Assembly (NCBI GenBank): GCA_019923695.1 | Contig: JAHXGO010000004.1 | Coordinates: 1 to 38,645, forward strand | Source of the DNA: Candidatus Liptonbacteria bacterium | Lineage (GTDB): Bacteria; Patescibacteriota; Minisyncoccia; UBA6257; Colwellbacteraceae | Direction: 5' to 3' | Length of the DNA stretch: 38,645 nucleotides | Shown: positions 1-9,204 of the stretch, piece by piece | Layout: each line of letters starts with the position of its first letter | Position numbering within the stretch: the first letter of the stretch is position 1 | Program-made: the position numbers and the translations under genes | The notes under the pieces: model-generated | Told to the model about the DNA's origin: nothing | The model's input: the letters and a program-made list of their open reading frames with translations, nothing else | Databases searched by the model: none

Positions 1-19
1 AAGATCGAAGTGTTAATAA

Positions 20-268
20 GAAGAAAATCAAATCGCAAATGAAGTCAAAATTTATTCCATCAAAGATAATCAGGGTAATACCTTGTTGGTTTTATTTACT
101 GAAAAAAATATAATCGAATTAAAAAGACTGGAAAGTGGGTTAAAGGAGAAATTTAGAGAATTACAGGAGCTTTATGATATAGTTATTAGATGAGAGTTGC
201 GGATGATAGAGTTAAAGGAAGGGGTCAATAAGCTTAAATCAGAATTAGGGGGATATAAAAAGAGATGA
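20..268 (+). pseudogene. C-terminal remnant of a PAS/PAC + coiled-coil signalling protein with an internal stop
   Basis: Frame 2 reads ...IYSIKDNQGNTLLVLFTEKNIIELKRLESGLKEKFRELQELYDIVIR*ELRMIELKEGVNKLKSELGG. This resembles a PAC end followed by a 'GRELRMIELKE'-type coiled coil. TGA at 191-193, and stops at 14-19. Confidence 0.5.
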
Positions 269-340
269 AAAGCAGATTTGGTTCCTTAATTATTATTCTG
301 GGGGGTATGGCTTTGAGACAGCAGTGTGGTTATAAGTGTA

Positions 341-369
341 TTGACTTTTGGTTATTAATAAGATATAAA
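341..369 (+). promoter_or_regulatory. sigma70-type promoter for the cold-shock gene
   Basis: TTGACT (341-346), 17 bp, TATAAA (364-369); implies a ~110-nt 5' UTR. Confidence 0.45.
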
Positions 370-487
370 TTTATTTATAGTGAATTGAAGTTTTATATAT
401 TGAATCTTTAATTTGCTCTAAGAATCATCAGTAAAAATATTAGTCGGATTTTACTGTTATTGATTTTATATTTATTTAATTACATTT

Positions 488-688
488 ATGAAGGGAACAA
501 TCAAGACTTTAATTGCAGAAAAAAATTTCGGCTTTATCACTCCCGAGGAAAGCGGAAAAGATATTTTTTTTCATGCTACTTCATTGAGCGGCGTTGAGTA
601 TTCTCAATTAGCTGTTGGTGATAAGATAAGCTTTGACGTGGAAGAATCTGAAAAAGGACCACGAGCTATCAATGTTACGCGCGAATAA
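488..688 (+). CDS. cspA: cold-shock protein (CSD)
   Basis: 66 aa with RNP1 KNFGFI, RNP2 DIFFH and C-terminal KGPRAINV. Confidence 0.93.
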   Translation: MKGTIKTLIAEKNFGFITPEESGKDIFFHATSLSGVEYSQLAVGDKISFDVEESEKGPRAINVTRE

Positions 689-702
689 TAAAATTGCAAT
701 TA

Positions 703-733
703 TAAAAACCCCTCCGCTGTAGAGGGGTTTTTA
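703..733 (+). terminator. intrinsic (bidirectional-type) terminator
   Basis: TAAAAACCCCTC-cgctgta-GAGGGGTTTTTA, perfect stem just after the cspA stop. Confidence 0.85.
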
Positions 734-918
734 GTTTTTCAAGAGGCGCGAGTGTTAAAACAGCAAGCTGGGAAGTTGCTAAGTTGTTTTATGCGCTAGA
801 CCAAGCACCCATTTTTTAAGCGAATTTATAGGTAAAATTAACTTATATTTGGATTTTTACAAAAAAGGCAACATAAAAGAAATTTTTATTTTAAGGGTAA
901 ATGATCTAAAATTTAGTA

Positions 919-1470
919 ATGGATAAAAATTCTCTTTCGAAATTGATAAAAAAACTTTCAGGGCTGGAGTGGTGTTTTATGGCTGGGTTTGCTGTGGAGA
1001 TATACACCAATGGAAAAAGACAGGCTGGCGAAGATGTTGATATTTTAGTTTCCCCAAAAGATATCAATGTTTTTGCCAAAAAACTTGGTTGCCAAGTTCA
1101 AAAACGACGATTTAAAAAATATAATTTCTTTGTCAATGATCGCGGGTTCGAAACTGTTTTCAATAACCTGAAAATTGAGGTGAGCAGCGGTTTTCCCGCA
1201 AGGAGAATGAATAACGGAACAATCTATAAGGTTTTTCAGAAGCGAGTAACTAAAAAATATCACGGAATTAATCTTTTCGTGGAACCAGTAGAGGAACTCA
1301 TTGTTCATAAAGCAAAAATGCTTCGTGAAAAAGATATCAAGGATTTAAAATTATTATCCGATCAAAAAATAAATTTTGACTTCTTGAAAGAATTGGCAAA
1401 AGACTGGGGGAAATATTCCCAGACTATTACGAATTTAAAAAATCTTGGATATATTAAAGCGAAGCCTTGA
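919..1470 (+). CDS. nucleotidyltransferase-fold protein (Pol-beta superfamily)
   Basis: AGFAV...R...EDVDILV motif and C-terminal K...REKDIKD; the last codons and stop come from a repeat copy. Confidence 0.7.
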   Translation: MDKNSLSKLIKKLSGLEWCFMAGFAVEIYTNGKRQAGEDVDILVSPKDINVFAKKLGCQVQKRRFKKYNFFVNDRGFETVFNNLKIEVSSGFPARRMNNGTIYKVFQKRVTKKYHGINLFVEPVEELIVHKAKMLREKDIKDLKLLSDQKINFDFLKELAKDWGKYSQTITNLKNLGYIKAKP

Positions 1471-1495
1471 TATATCGAACCCACGGTTCGTTATA
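1450..1495 (+). repeat. TATA-bounded GATATATC repeat, copy 1
   Basis: tatattaaagcgaagccttgatatatcgaacccacggttcgttata; matches 9205-9249 and the reverse complement of 10615-10661. Confidence 0.75.
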
Positions 1496-1569
1496 AGATT
1501 CCTAAAAATTGGTTTTAAAAAAGTTTTTCTCTCGGGCTTTATTTGATATGATTGATATAATTGATAGAA

Positions 1570-1750
1570 ATGAAACATTCATTGAAAATAAGTTTTTTTT
1601 GGTTCAACTTCCGGAATTATCACCACTCTTGGGTTAATGGTGGGTTTATATTCTGGCACTCAATCAATAACAGCGATTATTGGCGGCATTTTAACCATAA
1701 CCTTGGTTTATTATATTGGCGACTGGTTATTGTTGCGGTTTGATTATTAA
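1570..1750 (+). pseudogene. VIT1/CCC1-like membrane protein remnant (frameshift plus internal deletion)
   Basis: MKHSLKISFF, frameshift at the T8 run 1593-1600, then GSTSGIITTLGLMVGLYSGTQSITAIIGGILTITLVYYIGDW...*. Confidence 0.6.
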
Positions 1751-1843
1751 CGGAGTTTAATTTGTTTTGTTTACGGATTTATTTTTGGTGATTTTTCATT
1801 GATTAAGTTTGTTATATTTTATGTTTCTATTTTACTCTTTAAG

Positions 1844-1908
1844 TTTTGGTGTCTTTTTATCTTGCAGAACCAATGCCCCTTCGGTGTCATTTTATGATGT
1901 TGGATGTG
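1844..1908. mobile_element. IS-end-like duplicated segment
   Basis: 57/65 identical to 20782-20846; contains two GGTGTC boxes. Confidence 0.6.
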
Positions 1909-1911
1909 TTA

Positions 1912-1940
1912 TTGATTGAATCCGTTTTATTTTATATAAT
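1912..1940 (+). promoter_or_regulatory. promoter for the FKBP gene, probably leaderless
   Basis: TTGATT-17-TATAAT, then 7 nt to ATG 1948. Confidence 0.6.
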
Positions 1941-1947
1941 TAAAATT

Positions 1948-2403
1948 ATGAAAAAAACAATTTTAACAATTATTATTCCGCTTATTGTTCTGGTCGGTCT
2001 TTACTTTTTATTGTTATTTTTAAGGAATACGATAAATCAAAATATTCAGCCGGATAATAATCAAAATCAAAATATGGAACAAGGTTTACAAATTGAAATT
2101 TTACAAGAAGGGCAGGGAGAACGGGCCCAAGCTGGAAATAGGGTCAGTGTTCATTACACAGGAAGATTAGAAGACGGAACAAAGTTTGATTCAAGTTTAG
2201 ACAGACAGGTACCTTTTCCGTTTACCTTAGGAGTAGGCGAGGTTATAAGGGGCTGGGATGAAGGTGTTTTAGGAATGAGGGTCGGAGAAAAACGAAGATT
2301 GGTTATTTCTCCAGAGTTTGGATATGGAGAAAACAGGGTAGGGCCGATTCCGCCAAATTCAACCTTAATATTTGAAGTTGAGCTTTTAGAAATTATAAAT
2401 TAA
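1948..2403 (+). CDS. membrane-anchored FKBP-type peptidyl-prolyl isomerase
   Basis: [38 protein letters not shown]-terminal TM helix. Start moved from 1846 to ATG 1948. Confidence 0.92.
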   Translation: MKKTILTIIIPLIVLVGLYFLLLFLRNTINQNIQPDNNQNQNMEQGLQIEILQEGQGERAQAGNRVSVHYTGRLEDGTKFDSSLDRQVPFPFTLGVGEVIRGWDEGVLGMRVGEKRRLVISPEFGYGENRVGPIPPNSTLIFEVELLEIIN

Positions 2404-2643
2404 TCAAGACGATTGTTGTTTAGGTTCATATAGGTATTGATTATTATTGTATTTTTTATAGCAATTCAATATCTTCAATTTTTACTTTGCTCGTTCGTTT
2501 AAATTGTCCACCAAGAAAGACGGATAAGATTATTGACATCATCTTTAGCAGAAGATAACCGTAAGTTGTTATATGTCTGTCAGTATGTTTACTTTTTATA
2601 ATCAATCTCAATAATTTGTGTGGATAGAGTCCATTATAATAAA

Positions 2644-2672
2644 TTGACTCAAAAGAGAAAATCTTGTAATAT
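2644..2672 (+). promoter_or_regulatory. promoter of infC-rpmI-rplT
   Basis: TTGACT-17-TAATAT. Confidence 0.55.
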
Positions 2673-2703
2673 CAATGCATTGATTAAACATAAGGAACAA
2701 CGC

Positions 2704-3207
2704 ATAAATATAAAAATAAATAATCAGATTACAGCTAAAGAGCTTCGGGTTATTGATGAGGATGGCAGTAACTTAGGAGTTCTTCCGTTAGAAAAGGCAT
2801 TGCAAATCGCTTTTTCAAAAAATCTTGATTTAATTGAAATTGTGCCAAATGCTTTGCCGCCAATTGCTAGGGTTATAAGTTTTGACAAGTTTCGTTACCA
2901 AAAAGAAAAAGAATTAAAAAGACAGAAAATTCAAAGCAAGGTCAAAGAATTAAAGTACATCCAAATTAGCGGCCGGTCAGCTCAACACGATCTTTTGTTA
3001 AAATTAAAACAGCTTGAAAAATTTGTAGAAAAAGGACATAAGGTTGAAGTTCGTTTAAGATTAAAAGGCAGAGAAAAATACAATAAAGATTGGGCAAAAC
3101 AAAAACTTCAAGAATTCATCGCCCTTGTGCCGGAAAATTATCAAATAATAGGAGAAATAAAATCGGATAATAAAAGTTTAAATATTCAAATTGAGAAAAA
3201 AAGATGA
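2704..3207 (+). CDS. infC: translation initiation factor IF-3 (non-AUG start; exact start 2680, 2683 or 2704 uncertain)
   Basis: INNQITAKELRVIDEDG, LDLIEI, KFRYQKEK, KGRE; upstream of L35 and L20. Confidence 0.92.
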   Translation: MNIKINNQITAKELRVIDEDGSNLGVLPLEKALQIAFSKNLDLIEIVPNALPPIARVISFDKFRYQKEKELKRQKIQSKVKELKYIQISGRSAQHDLLLKLKQLEKFVEKGHKVEVRLRLKGREKYNKDWAKQKLQEFIALVPENYQIIGEIKSDNKSLNIQIEKKR

Positions 3208-3377
3208 AAAAAAGCGTTAGTTCAAGAATTAAAATAACAAAAAATGGTAAAATTCTTCGTAAGAAAATGGGTGTTTCCCATTTCATGGCAAAAAAACCAA
3301 GAAGAAAACTTAGAAGAAAAAAGAATCTTGTTAAGGTCAACAAGATAACTGCAAAAATGATTCAAAATTATTCATAG
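3204..3377 (+). CDS. rpmI: 50S ribosomal protein L35 (57 aa, absent from the ORF track)
   Basis: MKKSVSSRIKITKNGKILRKKMGVSHFMAKK...; ATGA overlap with infC; lies between infC and rplT. Confidence 0.9.
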   Translation: MKKSVSSRIKITKNGKILRKKMGVSHFMAKKPRRKLRRKKNLVKVNKITAKMIQNYS

Positions 3378-3403
3378 CGAATAATGGGTCGTTTGATATA
3401 TTA
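3375..3403 (+). repeat. TATA-bounded GATATAT repeat, partial copy supplying the rpmI stop
   Basis: tagcgaataatgggtcgtttgatatatta vs tagcgagtggtaggccgctcgatatattg at 9248. Confidence 0.5.
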
Positions 3404-3437
3404 ATAGTTCGATTTTATTTACTATCATTATAAAATT

Positions 3438-3785
3438 ATGCCAAGAGTTAAAAGAGGGAAAGTTGCAGTCAAAAAAAGAAGAAAAATCCTTGAATATACT
3501 AAGGGCTTTAAGTGGGGTCGCAAATCCAAAGAACGAGCCGCTAAAGAAGCGCTTCTTCATGCTTGGGTACACGCTTTTCACGGAAGAAAAGAAAAGAAAC
3601 GGAATTTTCGCCGGCTTTGGCAAACAAAAATTAACGCTGCCAGCCGAAACCTTGGGTTAACTTATAAAGAACTTATCGCCGGCTTAAAGAAAAAAAATAT
3701 TATTATAGATAGAAAAATTTTATCTGAATTAGCTTCTGATCACCCAAAAATTTTTGAAAAGGTTGTAGAAAAAATAAAAGTATAA
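3438..3785 (+). CDS. rplT: 50S ribosomal protein L20
   Basis: MPRVKRG, KKRNFRRLW, IDRKILSELA. Confidence 0.98.
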   Translation: MPRVKRGKVAVKKRRKILEYTKGFKWGRKSKERAAKEALLHAWVHAFHGRKEKKRNFRRLWQTKINAASRNLGLTYKELIAGLKKKNIIIDRKILSELASDHPKIFEKVVEKIKV

Positions 3786-3786
3786 T

Positions 3787-3818
3787 AAATAAAGAGCGGA
3801 TAAAACCGCTCTTTATTT
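3787..3818. terminator. bidirectional intrinsic terminator between convergent rplT and Nudix genes
   Basis: AAATAAAGAGCGG-ataaaa-CCGCTCTTTATTT, 13-bp perfect stem. Confidence 0.88.
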
Positions 3819-3822
3819 TATT

Positions 3823-3853
3823 TATAGCAAAGTAAAACTTCGATATATTGAAT
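3823..3853 (+). repeat. TATA-bounded GATATAT repeat, partial copy
   Basis: tatagcaaagtaaaacttcgatatattgaat vs tatagtaaagcgaaaccttgatatatcgaat. Confidence 0.6.
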
Positions 3854-3881
3854 ATTTTTATTGATGTTTGCGCTCATCCGC

Positions 3882-4421
3882 CTATGTCTTTGATTCTCCC
3901 AAAGCTTCATAAGCCTGCCTTAAAATTTTTTGGCTATCTTTATATTTAGATAAAATTTTTATCGCTTCTTTATAAGTAAACCAACCATAGCCGCTATGTT
4001 CATTAGAGAGACAAATATCAATTTTTTTTGTTTCAGCTAAATAAAGAATAACAATTTTAAAAATTTTCTCTATTTTATTTCCTGATTTTTTCCAAAAAAC
4101 AAATTTCTCATAAACTTTAAAATATTTATTTGATTGATCTTGTTTTTTATCCTCTAATTCAAAATTAGAGGACTTGTTAAACAACTGGTTAAATTTTAAA
4201 TCATTTCGGCTAAGGCCAGTTTCTTCTTTGGTCTCGCGAACCGCTGCTTGAAAACTTTTTTCCTTGCCTCTTAAGACACCTTCAACATTTTCTTGAATAT
4301 CATTTTCAATTTTACCTTTAGGAAAATTCCAATAACCCCGACCGTGATATAAAATCAAAAACTTTGGTCCTTCAGATGTTTTCCGATAAACAATTATCCC
4401 GGCTGAAACTTCTTTTAACAT
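3882..4421 (-). CDS. Nudix hydrolase (Ap4A hydrolase-like)
   Basis: SAGIIVYR, WNFPKGK, AAVRETKEETGL, EHSGYGW. Confidence 0.88.
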   Translation of the reverse strand: MLKEVSAGIIVYRKTSEGPKFLILYHGRGYWNFPKGKIENDIQENVEGVLRGKEKSFQAAVRETKEETGLSRNDLKFNQLFNKSSNFELEDKKQDQSNKYFKVYEKFVFWKKSGNKIEKIFKIVILYLAETKKIDICLSNEHSGYGWFTYKEAIKILSKYKDSQKILRQAYEALGESKT

Positions 4422-4501
4422 ATTATAATTCTATAAATTTATAAGCTTTTATACAATAAATTTGTTTGGGATTATGAAAATCCGCCTTTAACTAAATATT
4501 T

Positions 4502-6313
4502 TTACGCCCTTGATTTGGAATCCTTAAGAAAATTTTTCATTTCTTCTGCCGGCCAACAATTAATAATGTCTTTCCTTTCAGCCCAACCGCGGCGAGCTTG
4601 ACTAATTCCATATTTCATAAAATTTAACTGCTCTTTACGATGAGCATCGGTGTTTATAACCATTTTTACACCAAATTCCTTTGCTTTCTTGATATATGAA
4701 TCATTCAAATCAAGTCTATAAGGATTAGCGTTGATTTCTAAAATCGTCCCAGTTTTTTTGGTGGCTTTTAAAATTTCATTAAAATCTACTTCATACTCGT
4801 CCCGACGCTTTAAAATTCTACCGGTTGGATGAGAAATAATATCGACATTCGGATTGTTTATGGCTTTAATAATTCTTTTAGTCATTTTTTCTTTTGGCAT
4901 TTTCATTTGGTGATGAACCCCGGCAATAACATAATCGAGCCTGGACAAAGCCTCATCTTTAATATCAATAGAACCATCAGGCATAATATTGGCTTCACAA
5001 CCCTGCAGAATATAAAACTTGAAACCTGAAGCCTGAAGCTTTTTATTAATTTTATCTATCTCCTCGCGTTGGATTGTAAGTTGTTTTTCATCTAAGCCGT
5101 GTTCAATTCTTAAAAACTTAGTATGGTCAGCAATACCAATATATTGATATCCAATATTTATCGCTGCTTCCGCTATTTCTAAAATCGAATTTTCTCCACC
5201 ATTATAATTAGAATGAATATGTAAATCGCCTAAAATATCGCTGTAGCCGATAATTTTTGGTAATCCATTGGGTTTATCATGAGTTTGGTTGGGTTTATTT
5301 TGAATTTGTCGAAGGGCTACTTCAATTTCTCCCTTGTTTTCCCGCAGTTCTGGTTCAATATAATCCATTTTTAATGCAGCATAAATTTCTTTTTCATTTC
5401 TACCAGCAATCATTTTTTTACCCCTAAACAAACCATATTCATTTAATTTTAATCCTTGGTTCATCGCAATTTTTCTTAATATAATATTGTGTTCTTTTGA
5501 GCCGGTAAAATATTGTAAAGCTGAACCAAATTGTTTTTCCGGTAAAACTCTTAAATCAACATCAAATCCCTCTTTAAGCCGAATTGAAGCTTTTGTTGAC
5601 CCCTTTCCCCAAATTTTTACTACTCCCGGCAAAGAAACAAAATAATCAATCATCTTATCTGCCGAGGCTTTGGCAAAAGCGGGATTTTTTGTTTCATCAA
5701 CCGTAATTAAAATATCAACATCGCCGATGGTTTCTTTACGACGACGAATTGAACCGGCTTCAAAAATTTGTTTTGCTTTTTTCACTTTTTTCAATGCGTC
5801 AATAATTTCATAAACTTTTGGTAAAATTTCTCCCAACAAAAATCTGCCCTTGCTCCGCTTTAAAAATTCTATGCTTTGTAAAATGTTTTGCTCTGTTTTT
5901 AGACCAAAATTAGGCAAACTGCGAATTTTTCCGGCTTTAGCGGCTTTTTCTAAATCTATTAAATTTTTAATTTTAAGATGCCTGTACAAATCCCTGACCA
6001 TTTTTGGGCCAATGCCTTCAACAGAAATTAATTCTTCGATATTAACCGGCATTTTCTTTTTGAGTCGCTGATTTTCTTTAATTTTGCCAGTTTTTAAATA
6101 TTCAACAATTTTTTCCGCCATACTTTCACCAATATTAGGAATTTCTTTTAATCCATTAATCCCTTGTCTTTTATAAGTGTCTTTTACATCTTCAGACAAG
6201 GCTTCTAAACTTAAAGCTGCCTTTTGGTAAGCTTGAGACTTAAAAGAGGTTTCTTCTGTTTCAAGACGTTGGGAGATTTCATAAAAAATTTTTGCAATTT
6301 CCCGATTAATCAT
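4502..6313 (-). CDS. polX: DNA polymerase X / PHP 3'-5' exonuclease
   Basis: AGSIRRRKETIGDVDIL, YFTGSKEHN, LNEYGL; PHP motifs DLHIHS, ADH, HPTGR, NTDAH. Confidence 0.95.
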   Translation of the reverse strand: MINREIAKIFYEISQRLETEETSFKSQAYQKAALSLEALSEDVKDTYKRQGINGLKEIPNIGESMAEKIVEYLKTGKIKENQRLKKKMPVNIEELISVEGIGPKMVRDLYRHLKIKNLIDLEKAAKAGKIRSLPNFGLKTEQNILQSIEFLKRSKGRFLLGEILPKVYEIIDALKKVKKAKQIFEAGSIRRRKETIGDVDILITVDETKNPAFAKASADKMIDYFVSLPGVVKIWGKGSTKASIRLKEGFDVDLRVLPEKQFGSALQYFTGSKEHNIILRKIAMNQGLKLNEYGLFRGKKMIAGRNEKEIYAALKMDYIEPELRENKGEIEVALRQIQNKPNQTHDKPNGLPKIIGYSDILGDLHIHSNYNGGENSILEIAEAAINIGYQYIGIADHTKFLRIEHGLDEKQLTIQREEIDKINKKLQASGFKFYILQGCEANIMPDGSIDIKDEALSRLDYVIAGVHHQMKMPKEKMTKRIIKAINNPNVDIISHPTGRILKRRDEYEVDFNEILKATKKTGTILEINANPYRLDLNDSYIKKAKEFGVKMVINTDAHRKEQLNFMKYGISQARRGWAERKDIINCWPAEEMKNFLKDSKSRA

Positions 6314-8826
6314 AGTGTGATTTTTAAAAAAAGTATTTTTCCGGCATCTATCTTTATCATTATTGAATCACCTTTCATAATTTCTCCTTTTAAAATTTTC
6401 TCTGCCAAGGGGGCTTTAAGATAATTTGAAATAGCTTTTCTTAATGGTCTGGCGCCAAAAACAGAATCATAACCAACTTCGGATAAATGTTCGACAACAT
6501 CATCTCCAAAAAACAATTCCAAACTTTGTTCTTCCTTTAATTGAAAACATATTTTCTTAAGCTGAAGAAAGGTAATTTTTTTAATATCTTCTTTAGAAAG
6601 AGTTTTAAAAATTATAATATCGGAAAAACGATTTAAGAGTTCTGTCCTAAAACAATCAACTAATTTTCTTTTGAATTCTTCTTTAATTTCTTCAATGTTT
6701 TTTCCTGCTTCAAGGGAGGTTTTGATAAAATCAGAATGGGCGTTTGAGGTTGCCGCAATTATAGTGTTTTGAAAATCAACCTTTCTGCCAGAGCTGTCGG
6801 TTAAACGGCCGTCGTCAAAAACTTGAAGAAATAAATTTAAAATATCCGGGTGAGCTTTCTCAAACTCATCAAGAAGAACCAAACTATAAGGTTTTTCTAA
6901 AACCGCCTCTGTTAATAATCCAATTACTTCTCCTTTAGGAGACCCAATCAAGCGGTAAAGACTTTCTTTGTTTTGGTATTCGGACATATCAAGCCGGATC
7001 ATCATTTCTTCAGACCCAAAATTAATTTTTGTTAAAATTTTTGCCAATTCTGTTTTTCCGACTCCGGTCGGGCCGACAAAAAGAAAACAGGCGATTGGCC
7101 CCCCTTTCCTGCTTAAACCGCTGCGATATTCTCTTAAGGCGCGACTAACCGCTATAACCGCCTCTTCTTGGTTAATTAATTCCTGATGAATTATATTTTC
7201 GAGGTTTAATAATTTTTCCGCTTCAAGCGCCGTTGGTTTATGAATAGGCACATTAACATAAGATTCAGCGGTTTCAACCACAAAGTCAGCGGTTAGTTTT
7301 TTAAAGCCCTGTCTTTTTGCGCTAATTACTGCTTCTTTTAAAAGATCACCAGCCGACCCAGGTAGGGGTTTTTGATGAAAATATCTTTTAGCGATATAAA
7401 CCGCCGCCTTAACAGCTTTAGAACTTATAAAAATATGATATTGCTTTTCAAGCATAAGGCTGGAAAAAGTTAAAAATATAGTTGAATCCTCCTCGCTTAT
7501 TTCTTCAACCATAATAAATTCAAAAGCTTGGGCAAAACTGCTGTTAGGTTTTATAAATTGGCGAAACTCCTGGGGGTAGGTTGTGCCAATTGTCGGAAAA
7601 TCGCCAGAAATAAGAAGCGGAGAAATAAGGTCAGCCGCTGAAAGATAAAGTTCTCCCGAAGTCTTAAATAAATTATGAATTTCGGGAACATAAAGAATGA
7701 TATTACCAGCGGCAGAAATTTCTTTAAAAATAATATTTATTCTGGCTTGAAGTTCGGTTTGATCGGCGCCAGACAATAATTTACCGATATCCAAAGCAAC
7801 AACTCTTTTATCAAAAAGCGTTTCTGAAATTCGATCTTTTATAATCATATAAGCCAAATGATTGATAATTGTTTTTATTCCGACACCCGGCTCTCCTACG
7901 AAAATAACATTAGGTTTATCGGGCCGCGATAGAACATTAATCATTCGTTCGTATTCTTTTGTATGACCAACCATAAATCCTAACTTCCCCCTTTCTGCCG
8001 AATCGGTCAAGTCATAACTAAATTTATCAAGAAAAGAAGTAGGTCTGGCTGTCCAAGCTCGATTCATTGTTCTTTTCCTAGCGCCAAAAAAAACATTTGC
8101 GAATCCTCCAATAAACTTTGGTAATTGCCACAAAATATATTCTTTTTTTAAATGTTTTCTAAATCGGCTAAAAATTATAACTCCTTCTAAGTCATTTAAA
8201 TTAATCTGAAAAAAATTAAAGATTTTAATTATTTTTTTATCCTGAATATATTTTTGGGCCGCAAAAATATCAGCCGGCATAATATATCTACTACCGCCCT
8301 TAATAGCGATTAAAACAGCTACTTTCAATAATTCTTCTATTTTTTGAATTAAATCATCAGTTGAATTTTTTTCATCATCATCTTTTAAGGCTTCGCTTAT
8401 TCGCTGAAAAACTTCTGCTGGCTTAATTTCCATTCTTTGTATTGCCTCGTTAATTTCTTGAAAATCAAAAAGAGTTTTATTTAATCTAAGATAAAAACTT
8501 CCTCCTAAAATCAATGTTTCTTGATAGGCAAAAATTATAGCTTCTGAAGCTTTAGGCGACAGATAGTTTTTTAAATTAATTTTTCCTTCTTGAGGTATTT
8601 GGTCTAAAGACAATCTTCCTCTATCATAACGAATAATAAAGTCGACGATGAAAATAAAAATTAAAACGCCGACATAAAATAAATTTGGGGCATCGGACAT
8701 CAAAAATATAAAACACGCAAAAACAAGCACGATAAAAAAAACCTGCAGGATGTTTTTAATAAAAAACTGCGAAGCCAGCCCTAAACGGAAAAACGGATCT
8801 TTAAAATAAAATTCTTTATTATCCAT
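6310..8826 (-). CDS. ClpA/B/C-family AAA+ ATPase with N-terminal TM helices and a degenerate first ATPase module
   Basis: NBD2 GPTGVGKTELAK, DMSEY, LLDEFEKAHPD, GARPL; NBD1 GEPGVGIKT / YVPEIH. Confidence 0.88.
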   Translation of the reverse strand: MDNKEFYFKDPFFRLGLASQFFIKNILQVFFIVLVFACFIFLMSDAPNLFYVGVLIFIFIVDFIIRYDRGRLSLDQIPQEGKINLKNYLSPKASEAIIFAYQETLILGGSFYLRLNKTLFDFQEINEAIQRMEIKPAEVFQRISEALKDDDEKNSTDDLIQKIEELLKVAVLIAIKGGSRYIMPADIFAAQKYIQDKKIIKIFNFFQINLNDLEGVIIFSRFRKHLKKEYILWQLPKFIGGFANVFFGARKRTMNRAWTARPTSFLDKFSYDLTDSAERGKLGFMVGHTKEYERMINVLSRPDKPNVIFVGEPGVGIKTIINHLAYMIIKDRISETLFDKRVVALDIGKLLSGADQTELQARINIIFKEISAAGNIILYVPEIHNLFKTSGELYLSAADLISPLLISGDFPTIGTTYPQEFRQFIKPNSSFAQAFEFIMVEEISEEDSTIFLTFSSLMLEKQYHIFISSKAVKAAVYIAKRYFHQKPLPGSAGDLLKEAVISAKRQGFKKLTADFVVETAESYVNVPIHKPTALEAEKLLNLENIIHQELINQEEAVIAVSRALREYRSGLSRKGGPIACFLFVGPTGVGKTELAKILTKINFGSEEMMIRLDMSEYQNKESLYRLIGSPKGEVIGLLTEAVLEKPYSLVLLDEFEKAHPDILNLFLQVFDDGRLTDSSGRKVDFQNTIIAATSNAHSDFIKTSLEAGKNIEEIKEEFKRKLVDCFRTELLNRFSDIIIFKTLSKEDIKKITFLQLKKICFQLKEEQSLELFFGDDVVEHLSEVGYDSVFGARPLRKAISNYLKAPLAEKILKGEIMKGDSIMIKIDAGKILFLKITL

Positions 8827-9169
8827 TTTGTATAAAAGCTTTATAAATTAAAAAAAACGGAATTAAAAGCCAAATTAAATAACCAACAACAAATATTAGA
8901 ATAATCGCGGCATATAAAATTAACGCTGTTAAAACGCGAAAACCTCTAAAAAAAATACCGAGTAGATATCCAGCTAAATCGAAGCTCTGATATAGAGGAG
9001 CAAAAAAATATTTCAGAGTTATTTTCAAAGCCAGATAATGGTCAAGTTTTTCCAAAATAGAAATAACCAAACGACTCCAGATGGAAAAGCTTGAAAAATA
9101 CCAGTTTTTCAAAAAATCGAATAAAATCAAAAATATTTGATTACCCAGATAAAAAATAGCAGACTTCAT
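8819..9169 (-). CDS. small membrane protein overlapping the Clp ATPase start
   Basis: 116 aa hydrophobic ORF with an 8-bp overlap with the downstream gene. Confidence 0.75.
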   Translation of the reverse strand: MKSAIFYLGNQIFLILFDFLKNWYFSSFSIWSRLVISILEKLDHYLALKITLKYFFAPLYQSFDLAGYLLGIFFRGFRVLTALILYAAIILIFVVGYLIWLLIPFFLIYKAFIQNG

Positions 9170-9204
9170 TGTGATTTAAATTATAGCTATCTTTTTTAAA
9201 AAAT

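Noticed and set aside
191..193. In-frame TGA as a sign of genetic code 25 (TGA=Gly)
   Set aside because: Long conserved genes are open under code 11, and TGA ends infC, the Clp ATPase and the GIY-YIG gene at ATGA overlaps
744..822. Imperfect hairpin (TAAAACAGC...GTTGTTTTA) as an attC site or ncRNA, and weak similarity of CACCCATTTT to the IS-like end
   Set aside because: No clear attC R boxes, no integrase, and the match is too short to support
1561..1743. 60-aa track ORF as a real gene
   Set aside because: It is the wrong frame of the VIT1/CCC1-like pseudogene after the T8 run
1846..1947. N-terminal 34 aa of the FKBP ORF
   Set aside because: Overlaps the duplicated IS-like segment and a good promoter; ATG 1948 precedes the TM helix
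2450..2635. ~60-codon open stretch on the minus strand
   Set aside because: No convincing start and no recognisable motif
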